Shown piece by piece: positions 1 through 9,294 of a stretch of 64,000 bases of DNA. The number at the start of each line of letters is the position of its first letter. Position 1 is the stretch's first letter. The stretch is from Chloropicon primus. Taxonomy: Eukaryota. Both the position numbers and the translations under genes were made by a program. Below the pieces are notes generated by a model. The model saw nothing but the letters and a program-made list of their open reading frames with translations. It ran no database searches and had not been told where the DNA came from. The stretch is from NCBI GenBank assembly GCA_023205875.1, contig CP060771.1, positions 248,001-312,000 of the forward strand. Direction: 5' to 3'.

Positions 1-51
1 CTCGTCGGTTACAACGCCGTAACGTTCGCCCTGGTGGCGGTTGCCCTTGGC

Positions 52-1818
52 ATGGCCCTGGAGGAGGCGGAGGCGGTTGGGGCGCTCCAAGGGATGGTGG
101 GGGCCGGCGCTGGACTCGGCTTCCCGTCGTCGTACTTTGGTGGAAGGGCCTCGGCGCCGAAGGTCGGCAACACGGCGACGACTAAGCTGGCTCTGGCGTT
201 TCCTTACATGCTGAGCTCGGGCTCGAGCGTTTTCGTGGCCTGGAATGCTGTCTTCTGCGTCCTGCTGAACACGGCTTTGCTGCTCAAGGTGGTCTTCTTC
301 GGCTCGCTCAGCATGCAGGAGCTCCAGCGGCTTCTCGGCCGGCTGGTGGACTACGCCCTGCTCAAGATCGTGTTCGTGGCGGCCATCGCGTCTGGAACGG
401 CGGTGGAGCTTTTCGTGTGGTCTGCCTGGTTCGGGGTCTTGGGCTTCGTCAAACTTTTCGGCGGGCTGGCGAGGGACAGGTTCGAGCAGCTCCTGCAGAC
501 GCCCAGCGCGACGAGGCTCCATTACCTGAGGAACCTGCTGTTCGTGGTGTTCCTCATGGCCTCCAACATCCTGTGCACGATCCACTTGGGCGCGATGCTG
601 AGGAGGGAGACCACGTCCAAGAGGATACTTCTCATGTTCGACCCCCTCGTCATCCAGATCGACTTGGCGTACACGCTGCTCAGGTCCTTGGTAAACGCCC
701 TGGAGCAGTGGCAGCTGGCCAGGCAGCTGAGCGGGGCGGCGGCGGCGGCGGGGTCCTCGGGGGGGTTCGGACCCCAGTCCTGGCAGTGGATGGCGCCCTT
801 CATGTACTACGCCGACTTTGGGACGGCCATGCTCACCCACGTGCTCACCCTGGGTCACTACTGCCACGTCTGGTACCTCCACGGCTTCAGCTTCCAAGTC
901 GTCGACAGCATCATTTTGCTGAACATCAGGTCTCTCCTGGGCTCCATGTACAAGCGGTTCAAGACCTTCATGGCTTTTCACTGCGCCACCTCGAACTTGA
1001 AAAAGGCTTTTCCCGATGCGACCAAGGAGGAGCTGGAAAAGTACCAGGACGTGTGCGCGATTTGCAAGGAGAGCATGTGCAAGGGAAAAGTCCTGCCTTG
1101 CGGCCACATCTTCCACTTGCCTTGCTTGAGGTCCTGGCTGGAGCAGGGGGAGCACGGCAACTACACCTGCCCCTTGTGCAGGTTCCCGCTGACGAGCACG
1201 GCGATGAAGGGCTCGTCCAGCCAATTCAATGTGGTCAGCAGCCTCGCCCAGAGAATCAATCGATACGGGCTCGCCTTGTACGACGGCCTGGGGAGGCACC
1301 TCGAGGGCAGCTTCGCCAGGGCCATGGATTACGTCTTTCCGGCGACGCCGGGGGACGTCGGGGGCAGGCGGACGAGCGGCGGGCAGGGGGCACAAGGGGT
1401 GCCAGGGAACAGCTCGGGGCCCAGGAGGAGGCCGGGAGTGAGGGGCGCGGGGGTGAGGCCCATCATCCATCCCGTCGGGGGCGATCGCTTGCCAAGGGGC
1501 ACGCAGCCTTGGGTCCTGAGCGCTGGCTTCACGTGGCCCCATGGCCCGATGGACCCCCCGCCCCCCAGCGCCTCCCAGGGCTTCTCCTTCTCGCAGAACT
1601 GGAGCTGGTTCAGCACTGCTGAGGAGGGGCGGCCGTCTCGCGGCCAGAGGGGGGGCTACAGGTCCATCCCGGGGACCGCATCGTCGGACAGCGAGCTTGA
1701 GGGCTGGGTTGCTATTGTTCAGAGCATCCTTCCCCACGTCAGCACGGGGGTCATCGTGAGGGATCTCCAAAGGACCAGAAATGTAAACGTTACTGTAAAC
1801 AACTTGCTTGAGTCTTGA
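52..1818 (+). CDS. ER membrane RING-H2 E3 ubiquitin ligase, RIN2/gp78(AMFR)/HRD1-like, with C-terminal CUE-like domain
   Basis: Multi-pass hydrophobic N-terminus; RING-H2 CAIC...LPCGHIFHLPCLRSWL...CPLC; C-terminal VAIVQSILPHVSTGVIVRDLQRTRNVNVTVNNLL is CUE-like. Start codon uncertain (ATG at 52 or 94). Confidence 0.85.
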   Translation: MALEEAEAVGALQGMVGAGAGLGFPSSYFGGRASAPKVGNTATTKLALAFPYMLSSGSSVFVAWNAVFCVLLNTALLLKVVFFGSLSMQELQRLLGRLVDYALLKIVFVAAIASGTAVELFVWSAWFGVLGFVKLFGGLARDRFEQLLQTPSATRLHYLRNLLFVVFLMASNILCTIHLGAMLRRETTSKRILLMFDPLVIQIDLAYTLLRSLVNALEQWQLARQLSGAAAAAGSSGGFGPQSWQWMAPFMYYADFGTAMLTHVLTLGHYCHVWYLHGFSFQVVDSIILLNIRSLLGSMYKRFKTFMAFHCATSNLKKAFPDATKEELEKYQDVCAICKESMCKGKVLPCGHIFHLPCLRSWLEQGEHGNYTCPLCRFPLTSTAMKGSSSQFNVVSSLAQRINRYGLALYDGLGRHLEGSFARAMDYVFPATPGDVGGRRTSGGQGAQGVPGNSSGPRRRPGVRGAGVRPIIHPVGGDRLPRGTQPWVLSAGFTWPHGPMDPPPPSASQGFSFSQNWSWFSTAEEGRPSRGQRGGYRSIPGTASSDSELEGWVAIVQSILPHVSTGVIVRDLQRTRNVNVTVNNLLES

Positions 1819-2250
1819 GGAGGCACACGCGTGCGCGCCGTGGCAGCAGCAGGAAAGGAAAGGGAAAGAGACAAAGAGCGCGCGGCCGTGTGCCCTCGAG
1901 CACCAACATGTGTACTATTTTATGCAACACTTATTACTTCATTGGACGTCACAAACAAGTGGGGGTCACAAAACTTCCCTCCACCTTGTCTATTGCCACC
2001 CCAGCACCCTCATCATTCCCCTTCATCCCCAATCGTCTCCTCTCTCTCTAGGGAGCAAAAGTGAGCAAGTGATGGCTCATTGGAAAGAGCAAGAGGCAAT
2101 GCATCCACTCATTCGATCCCCCTCCTGCTCTGCCTCCCCTCCTCGGCATCACCCTTCACCATCACCCCAGCACCCTCCCCTTGCCTTCATCTCTCCTAAG
2201 ATAAGATCCAGAGCCAGAGAGAGAAAAGGAGACTCTGTCAGTGGAGGAGG

Positions 2251-2686
2251 ATGGCGACTCAGAGGAGGAGCCCGAGATGCCAGAGGAGGGCTGGAGGCCC
2301 TCGGTCGACGAGGAGGGCGCCCACGACGACGAGGTCGAGGAGAACTTGGAACGGAGCCTTCCGAGGAGAAAGGTTCGGAACCCGATGCTTCTCCGCCATG
2401 TCCAAGGAGGACATGGTTTCCCACCAAGTGGACGTGGACTTGGGCGACAGGAGTTATCCCATCTACATCGGGGAGGACCTCATCACTCGTGGTGACCTTC
2501 TGACGAAGCACATTCATGGCAAGCAGGTCCTGATAGTGACGAATGAAACCATTGCGCCCATTTACTTGGAGAAGCTCACTCGAGTCATCCAGGAGTCAGA
2601 CCCGAGTCTTCAAGTGGAGAGCGTCATTCTCCGGGACGGAGAGCAGCATAAAACGACCCAGGAGCTCATGAAGGTAAGTTCTCTTC

Positions 2687-2720
<34 letters not shown>

Positions 2721-3634
2721 AGCGCGTGCGGTGTCTGACTGAACCTCTGGTGGTGGTGGTGTGTGCCCTGCAGGTTTGGGACAAAGCGATGGAGTTGAGG
2801 TTCAACAGGAAGGCCACTTTCGTTGCATTGGGAGGCGGAGTGATCGGTGACATGACAGGCTTCGCGGCCTCGGCCTTCCAGAGGGGGGTGTACTTCATAC
2901 AAGTCCCAACGACGGTGATGGCGATGGTGGATAGCTCCGTCGGCGGGAAGACGGGTGTGAACCATCCCCTCGGGAAGAACATGATAGGGGCCTTCTACCA
3001 GCCGCAGTGCGTTCTCGTGGACTCGCTGACCCTCAAGTCCCTGCCGAACAGAGAGACTGCCTCGGGGGTGTCGGAGATCATCAAGTACGGCCTCATCTGG
3101 GACGCGGACCTCTTCAGGTGGCTCGAGGAGAACATCGAGAGCTTGGTGGACAGCGACCACCCAGAGTTTGGCAGGGCGATCTCTTCGGCCATTGAGAGGA
3201 GCTGCGCCATCAAGGCCGAAGTGGTTGCCCAGGACGAGAAGGAGGGAGGGATAAGGGCGTTTCTGAACCTGGGGCACACGTTCGGCCACGCGGTGGAGAC
3301 CTACTCTGGTTATGGCACCTACCTTCATGGGGAAGCCATTGGGGTGGGCCTCACGATGGCGGCAGATCTCTCGCACCGCCTCGGATGGGTCACCGAGGAC
3401 ATAAAGGACAGGACGATCGCCCTCGTCAAGAGGTCCAAGCTGCCCACGACCCCGCCCGAGTCCATGACCCCTGACGACTTTTTGGAGCTCATGGCCGTGG
3501 ATAAGAAGAACGTGGACGGGAACCTCCGGCTCGTGCTGCTGAGGGGGGAGCTGGGGACTTGCGTCGTGACGTCGGACTTTGAGAAGGGGAAACTGATGGA
3601 CGTGCTCAACACCCACTGCAAGACCATGGGATGA
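2251..3634 (+). CDS. aroB: 3-dehydroquinate synthase, probably plastid-targeted; 2 exons (2251-2673, 2774-3634)
   Basis: Motifs [25 protein letters not shown]...[27 protein letters not shown] donor at 2674 and TGCAG acceptor at 2773 join the two ORFs in frame; Arg/Ser-rich N-terminal transit-like region. Confidence 0.95.
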
Positions 3635-3755
3635 TGAGGTTCGCCTTGAGGAGGAGAGGAGAACGCACAGCAGTGGTCGGTTTTGACGAGTAAAACAAAG
3701 AAGGGTGTCCCATTTCAATGATAAATTCGGTTCGCTCTTCCGGCTTGCCCTTCCT

Positions 3756-5438
3756 CTAGCTTCTCCTCCGCCGCCAGCCCATCTTCTCTGCCACCTTTTT
3801 GCACCCCCCGTGGTACTTCTTGGTGGCGAAATACAAGTCCAGCGCGCCCTCCGAGAACAGCCTAGCCATTTTTGGCATCCTGCCTTCCGCCAGGGCTCTC
3901 TCGTCGTTTGCTAGCATCCACAGCTCCAGTTTCTGCTTGTACGCGTCCCAATCCTGCAGATCCGGATACAGGGCCTTCCTCCCGGGGTTTCTCATCTTGA
4001 GGTTCAGATCTCGAGCGACGGTCTTGAACCCCCCCAGCCTGTCGATTGCCCCGACCAAGTCCTGCCTCCCCTTCTCGATCAGGCTCGACTTGGTCGGTAT
4101 TGTGCATTCCACCCCGTTCTCGTCCTCGGTGCAGTCCAGGTACGGGTCCAGGGCCCGCTGGATGTTCTCCTTCACGTGCCAGAATCCCCGTCCCACCCGC
4201 TTCTCCAGGGTCCAACCCAACCTCTTCGCAACGCTCCCCTTGCCGCCGTGATACTTGGTAATGGAGTGGAACAGCATGTACTCGCCGCTGTCCTTGATGT
4301 CCTGCATCAAGGGCATCACCCCAAGGGACCTGTCGTTCTTCTCCACCCAAGCCACGAGCTCCCTCTCCACGTTATCCATGTCGAGCCAGTACCCCCTGTG
4401 CTTGCTCTGCTGCCTCCTCGCGGCCAGACTCCTTAGAAGGCTAGGGTTCCTCGCAAAGGCCCCCTCCTGGCCGATGGCGAGGTCGTTCACCCTCAAATTC
4501 TCCGTCACCTCCTCCGCCAGGCTCACCCCTCTGTGCACCGCAGTCTCCTGGAGCTGAGCAAGAAAGTGGATCAGCCCCTCGCACGATTCGGAGACCTCCG
4601 AGTACAGCAGGGCCCGAGCCTCCAGGAGCTCCTCGTCCGTAGTCCCCCCAGCGATGCTCGAGGCGTAGAACGGGTCGCTGATGTCCAGGTCGTGGGGGTC
4701 CTCGGCCTCGCGTCCACCTCCGCCTCCCAGGCCTCGCACGGCACAGTGCGTCTCGCAGCAGGTCTTGAACCCCGCAAGCCTCCTCACCTTGAGAGCATAG
4801 TGGCCCCCAGGATAAATGTTGTCGTAAGCCGCGATCTCCTTCAGTACCTCAGCATGATCAAACCGATCCATCACCACAATAAGGTCACTGTCCACGGCGT
4901 CGTTGACGTCGTCAAAGGCCCTCACAGACTCCTCCCAAGAGTAAGAACAATGCGGAAGGATCGCAGCAAAATCCGCTTCCACCTTTGTCACCAATCCATC
5001 CTCCCTGGATGACATCCCTCTGGTAAACAACTCCAGTGCCAACTTGGTACGCATCTGTTCCCCTCCTTCCTCCACGAAGAGCACCTTCACCTTCCCCTCA
5101 TCCCAACTCCATTCATCCCAATACCTTCGCCGTAACTCCGCTCCAGCCGTCGTCGTCCGGTACGCTGGACGAGGAGAGCCAAAGTAACCCACAGACGAAG
5201 CCGAAGCCGAAGCCGAAGCCTCCGACGCCGACGACAACGAACTCCCATCCCCTCGGTCAACCTCATGCTCAGGGGAAGCATGGCCATGATGTTGATGTTG
5301 AGAACGAGGTTGGTTTCGTTCAAGGGAAGAGTCACCGTCGTCGTTGCGAGAAGCTTTCGTCCTAGGGATGATGTTTACCTTGCCTGAACCTTGCCATGGA
5401 CGAAGCCGAGGCGTCGTCTGCATCATCATCATCATCAT
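3756..5438 (-). CDS. Protein with degenerate low-molecular-weight phosphatase-like domain and three C-terminal helical repeats
   Basis: KVLFVEEGG...R, DLIVVMDRFD and DISDPFY resemble the LMW-PTP fold; repeats RGYW...MP...L...G...L...AI..(YH)GG...VA..LG occur three times. Start placed at the Met run (5438). Confidence 0.6.
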   Translation of the reverse strand: MMMMMMQTTPRLRPWQGSGKVNIIPRTKASRNDDGDSSLERNQPRSQHQHHGHASPEHEVDRGDGSSLSSASEASASASASSVGYFGSPRPAYRTTTAGAELRRRYWDEWSWDEGKVKVLFVEEGGEQMRTKLALELFTRGMSSREDGLVTKVEADFAAILPHCSYSWEESVRAFDDVNDAVDSDLIVVMDRFDHAEVLKEIAAYDNIYPGGHYALKVRRLAGFKTCCETHCAVRGLGGGGGREAEDPHDLDISDPFYASSIAGGTTDEELLEARALLYSEVSESCEGLIHFLAQLQETAVHRGVSLAEEVTENLRVNDLAIGQEGAFARNPSLLRSLAARRQQSKHRGYWLDMDNVERELVAWVEKNDRSLGVMPLMQDIKDSGEYMLFHSITKYHGGKGSVAKRLGWTLEKRVGRGFWHVKENIQRALDPYLDCTEDENGVECTIPTKSSLIEKGRQDLVGAIDRLGGFKTVARDLNLKMRNPGRKALYPDLQDWDAYKQKLELWMLANDERALAEGRMPKMARLFSEGALDLYFATKKYHGGCKKVAEKMGWRRRRS

Positions 5439-5866
5439 CAACGACGACGACGACGACGACGCGACTGCTTCAGAAAGAATAAAACCTTTTCGGAGGACGA
5501 GAGAGAGAGAGAGAAAGGGGAGGGAAGGAGGCGGCGAGGACGCGCGTGAGGAGACAAGTGAGTGAAGGAGGCGGATGCGTTGTGTCTTTCTCTTTCGAAG
5601 GAGCCCTCTCTTGAAAGAAACGGCGAAGATTTGACGACGCGAGAGAAAGAGAGAGAGAGAGAGCAAGCGGAAGGACGATCCGATCGGGACACGGAGAGGG
5701 AAGACGACGACGGGGACAGGAGGAGAGAAAGAAAGTGCGAATCACAAGCGGACGCAGTGTATCTCTCTTGCTCTTTCGAAGGAGCCCTCGCTTGAAAGAA
5801 ACGACGGCCTGACGAAGATTTGAGGAGCACGAAACCAGAATCAAAAAGTAACGCTCGGGGATCGTG

Positions 5867-7255
5867 ATGGCGGTGACAGGGGGAGCGAGCAAGAAGCAGA
5901 GAACGGAGAGAAGGGATGCCCTGGAGGTTTTGCCAGGGAGTGCGTGGGTCCTGGTCTTGAAGAAGCTGGACGATTACGACCACCTTGGTTTTGGGTTGAC
6001 CTGCAGGACGTTCCTCGAGGCGGTGACGAAGGCGACGGCGAACCCTGATCTGAAGAAGGTTGCTCTGAAGACGGACCTGACGTACGACAAGTTGTTCGAG
6101 CAGATGCCTCGCTTCAGTTTGAGTTGGTTCCAGTGGGTGCTTCGGTCGTTCAAAAGGAAGAAGGGAGTATCACCGAAAGAGTTGGGAATTGGCGAGTACT
6201 ACGACCACTTGTACGACTCTGACCTGATGTACCTCGCCGCTTTCCAGGGCAGCAAGAAGGTGATGGAGTGGTTGGCGAGCCGAGGGATCTCTTTTGGTAT
6301 CGAGCGCTATGGAGTGGTAGCAGTAGCAACTGGAGGAGCCGCTGCAGGAGGTCATATTGAGATATTGGAATGGCTGGGGAGCGAGGGGTGCAGGTTTGAT
6401 TGGTCGACTTGTTCTTCTGCAGCTCGAGGAGGTCACCTTGACGTTCTGAAGTGGCTCCGAAGCCAGGATCCGCCTTGCCCTTGGAACTGGAGGACTTGTG
6501 AATATGCAGCTGGAGGAGGTCACCTTGCTGTTCTGCAGTGGGCTCGAAGCCAGGACCCGCCTTGCCCTTGGGGCGACGAGGATACTTGTTGGAGGGCAGC
6601 TCAAGGAGGTCACCTTGATGTCCTGAAGTGGGCTCGAAGCCAGGACCCGCCTTGCCCTTGGGACTGGAAGACTTGTTGGAGGGCAGTTCGAGGAGGTCAT
6701 CTTGATGTCCTGAAGTGGGCTCGAAGCCAGGACCCGCCTTGCCCTTGGAACGACGAGACTTGTTCTAGTGCAGCTAGACGAGGTCACCTTCACGTTCTGC
6801 AGTGGGCTCGAAGCCAGGACCCGCCTTGCCCTTGGAACTGGAGGACTTGTTGTGATGCAGCTCGAAAAGGTCACCTTCACGTTCTGCAGTGGGCTCGAAG
6901 CCAGGACCCGCCTTGCCCTTGGGACAACGGGACTTGTGAGTGGGCAGCTGAAGGAGGTCACCTTGACGTTCTGAAGTGGCTCCGAAGCCAGGATCCGCCT
7001 TGCCCTTGGGACTGGAGGACTTGTGAATATGCAGCTGGAGGAGGTCACCTTGATGTTCTGCAGTGGGCTCGAAGCCAGGACCCGCCTTGCCCTTGGGGCG
7101 AGGATACTTGTTGGAGGGCAGCTCAAGGAGGTCACCTTGATGTCCTGAAGTGGGCTCGAAGCCAGGACCCGCCTTGCCCTTGGGACTGGAGGACATGTTC
7201 TTATGTAGCTACACGTTACCCGAAAGTGGTCAAGTGGATCCAGGAGAATTCTTAA
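5867..7255 (+). CDS. Ankyrin-like tandem repeat protein with F-box-like N-terminus
   Basis: Nine ~29-aa repeats GHLxVLxWxRSQDPPCPWxxxTCxxAAx; N-terminal LEVLPGSAWVLVLKKLDDYDHLGFGLTCRTF resembles an F-box; intronless. Confidence 0.85.
   Translation: MAVTGGASKKQRTERRDALEVLPGSAWVLVLKKLDDYDHLGFGLTCRTFLEAVTKATANPDLKKVALKTDLTYDKLFEQMPRFSLSWFQWVLRSFKRKKGVSPKELGIGEYYDHLYDSDLMYLAAFQGSKKVMEWLASRGISFGIERYGVVAVATGGAAAGGHIEILEWLGSEGCRFDWSTCSSAARGGHLDVLKWLRSQDPPCPWNWRTCEYAAGGGHLAVLQWARSQDPPCPWGDEDTCWRAAQGGHLDVLKWARSQDPPCPWDWKTCWRAVRGGHLDVLKWARSQDPPCPWNDETCSSAARRGHLHVLQWARSQDPPCPWNWRTCCDAARKGHLHVLQWARSQDPPCPWDNGTCEWAAEGGHLDVLKWLRSQDPPCPWDWRTCEYAAGGGHLDVLQWARSQDPPCPWGEDTCWRAAQGGHLDVLKWARSQDPPCPWDWRTCSYVATRYPKVVKWIQENS
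6428..7210 (+). repeat. Coding tandem repeat, 87-bp unit x 9 (one unit 90 bp)
   Basis: Near-identical units ggaggtcaccttga.gttctg.agtgggctcgaagccaggacccgccttgcccttgg seen directly. Confidence 0.95.
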
Positions 7256-7684
7256 CAACACAAACGAATCGCTTGTCAAATTGCATTGCGTCTTCTTCCT
7301 GTTCTCGCTCAAAGTCGTCAAGTGGATCCAGGATCGCCTGCCTGAACCTTGACCTTTTCTCTCTGAAGCCCCACGCCTCGCATTTTCCTCACCCTCCCTT
7401 GAAAGAGATTGCGTCTGTGAGCAAACGCCGCGCTCTCCTCCAAGTGTGTTGGCTGACCTCTCCAAGAGAGAAACCACCGCAACACAAACACATAGAAAAG
7501 TCCTCACAAGACGACGGGAACTTCCAGAAAGGAAGTGTAAGGTTTCTTTGGAATTACATGCAACATGCAACATTCATGCAAGGCGAAGGAGATGAGTTGC
7601 TCTCTACCATCAGCTACCGGTATCTCTCTCTCTCACTCGCTCTCCACTTGTCTATGTTTTTTTTTTTAATTATTATTATGAGCG

Positions 7685-7715
<31 letters not shown>

Positions 7716-7761
7716 ACGAGCGAGCGAGTGGCGTCGGTTACCTTTTGGCCTTCTTGGTTCT

Positions 7762-9294
7762 CTATTGTCCGAATTCCAGGGCCCTCTTGAGGTGCTCGGC
7801 ATAAAGCAGGGTGAATTTGCGCTGGCAGGGTGGGACCGCGTCCAGGGGCAACGTCGTGGTGAGCCTGGCGCGATCTTGCTGCTCGGGGTCGAGCCCGCTG
7901 ATCATCTTCTCGTACTCCATCATTTCAGTCTGGTAGAAGAAGACGTTAAAGTTCGTCTTCGCGCTCCTTCCCTTTTGGATCAGCAGGGCTCTGTCGTACT
8001 GCCTCGCCGCATCCTCCTCCGTCTCGAAAAATCCGAAAGTGGCGTTCTTCTTCCCGTCGTACTTGCCGATCCTCGCCTCCCACCTGCCCTCGGTGCCCGA
8101 AACCCCCCTGTACCTGGACCTTCCCCTGGCGAAGGCCGAGCTCTGCCTCCTGATGTGGGCCACGACCTCCTCCTGCGTGCAGTGCCTCAGAATCTGAATG
8201 TGGGTCAAGTAGTCCTCCAGCTCAAAGTTGATCTCCGCGCTGAACCCCTTGCACACCAGGGCCACCACGTCGTACGCCCTCGCGGCCCTCTCCTCGTCGT
8301 CGAACCCGCCCAGGTACAGCTGCTTCTTGTGCACCCAGCAGGACGCCTCCCATCTCTTCGTCAGCCTGTGCCTGCTCACGCCCCGGTACTTGGAGGTCCT
8401 CGGCTTCTGCTCCTTCTTGGGGAGCTGGGCCTTCCTCTTCACGTTCTTCTTCTCGGTCGTCGCGGAGGAAGAGGACGCCGTCTTGGAAGACCTCCTCCTC
8501 GTCGGCTTCCGACCCTTGACGTGCGGAACGCTGCACTGGTGCTCCGGAAAGTCCTCGCGGCAGCTGGCCTCGGCGGCCTCGAAGAAGGGCTCCGGAAAGC
8601 CCTGCGCAGCGGCGGCCGACAGCGCCACCTGGGCCTGCTGGCTCAAGTACTCGTCCTCGGGGCTCTGGTACTGGTGCTGCTGGGCCATCGGGCAGAAGAG
8701 CCTGGTCATCATCACGTCCCCCACGCTTCCTTGGGCGTACGACCTCGTGGATTGGGGCACCAGGAACACCGAGGGCTCCGGGCAGTAGGGAGGTGGCCAC
8801 GCCGTCGCCGTCTCGTGCATGACCGTGGGCGTCGAGGCGCAGAGCTTGGTCGTGACGCTGGTGCTCCTCGGCAGCGGAAACGGCTGCTGGAACGTGGACC
8901 TCGCGCTCAGCACCGAGTTGGGGGACTCGAGGGGGAACACCGTCGGGTCCGTCATGAGGTCGTCGAACATCGCGGTGCCAAGCTTGTCCTTGGGCGGGGG
9001 GGTGAGGAGGACCGAGTCGGAGTTGTCCACCTCGTCGATCCCCTCAAGGAAGCTCGAGGAGCTCGGTGGCTGCCGGAGCAGGTTGGTCGCCCGCACGTCC
9101 ACCGCTTTCATCAAGTCCTGCTTCAGGGCAGCGAGGAGAGCCTCGTCGAAGGCCTCGTCCACGACACCAGCGACGCCCTCCTCCTTCACGAGGCCAAGGC
9201 CGTCGTCGTCGTTCCTCGCGGAACAGGAGCTCAGGTCCTCCCCCTCCGCCATGAGGGCAAGACCAGCGTCGTTCCCCTCGACCGACCTATCCAT
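7762..9294 (-). CDS. AP2-family transcription factor with two AP2 domains (WRI1/AIL-like)
   Basis: RTSKYRGVSRHRLTKRWEASCW...LYLGGFDDEERAARAYD; linker RRQSSAFARGRSRYRGVS; second domain WEARIG...FETEEDAARQYD. First ATG at 9294. Confidence 0.9.
   Translation of the reverse strand: MDRSVEGNDAGLALMAEGEDLSSCSARNDDDGLGLVKEEGVAGVVDEAFDEALLAALKQDLMKAVDVRATNLLRQPPSSSSFLEGIDEVDNSDSVLLTPPPKDKLGTAMFDDLMTDPTVFPLESPNSVLSARSTFQQPFPLPRSTSVTTKLCASTPTVMHETATAWPPPYCPEPSVFLVPQSTRSYAQGSVGDVMMTRLFCPMAQQHQYQSPEDEYLSQQAQVALSAAAAQGFPEPFFEAAEASCREDFPEHQCSVPHVKGRKPTRRRSSKTASSSSATTEKKNVKRKAQLPKKEQKPRTSKYRGVSRHRLTKRWEASCWVHKKQLYLGGFDDEERAARAYDVVALVCKGFSAEINFELEDYLTHIQILRHCTQEEVVAHIRRQSSAFARGRSRYRGVSGTEGRWEARIGKYDGKKNATFGFFETEEDAARQYDRALLIQKGRSAKTNFNVFFYQTEMMEYEKMISGLDPEQQDRARLTTTLPLDAVPPCQRKFTLLYAEHLKRALEFGQ

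Noticed and set aside
6428..7210. CRISPR-like or DGR-like reading of the regular repeats with variable segments
   Set aside because: The units are in-frame 87-bp coding repeats with only short variable codons, and no cas gene, reverse transcriptase or separate template repeat is visible in the window.
6170..7573. 467-aa minus-strand repetitive ORF
   Set aside because: Antisense mirror of the ankyrin-like repeats.
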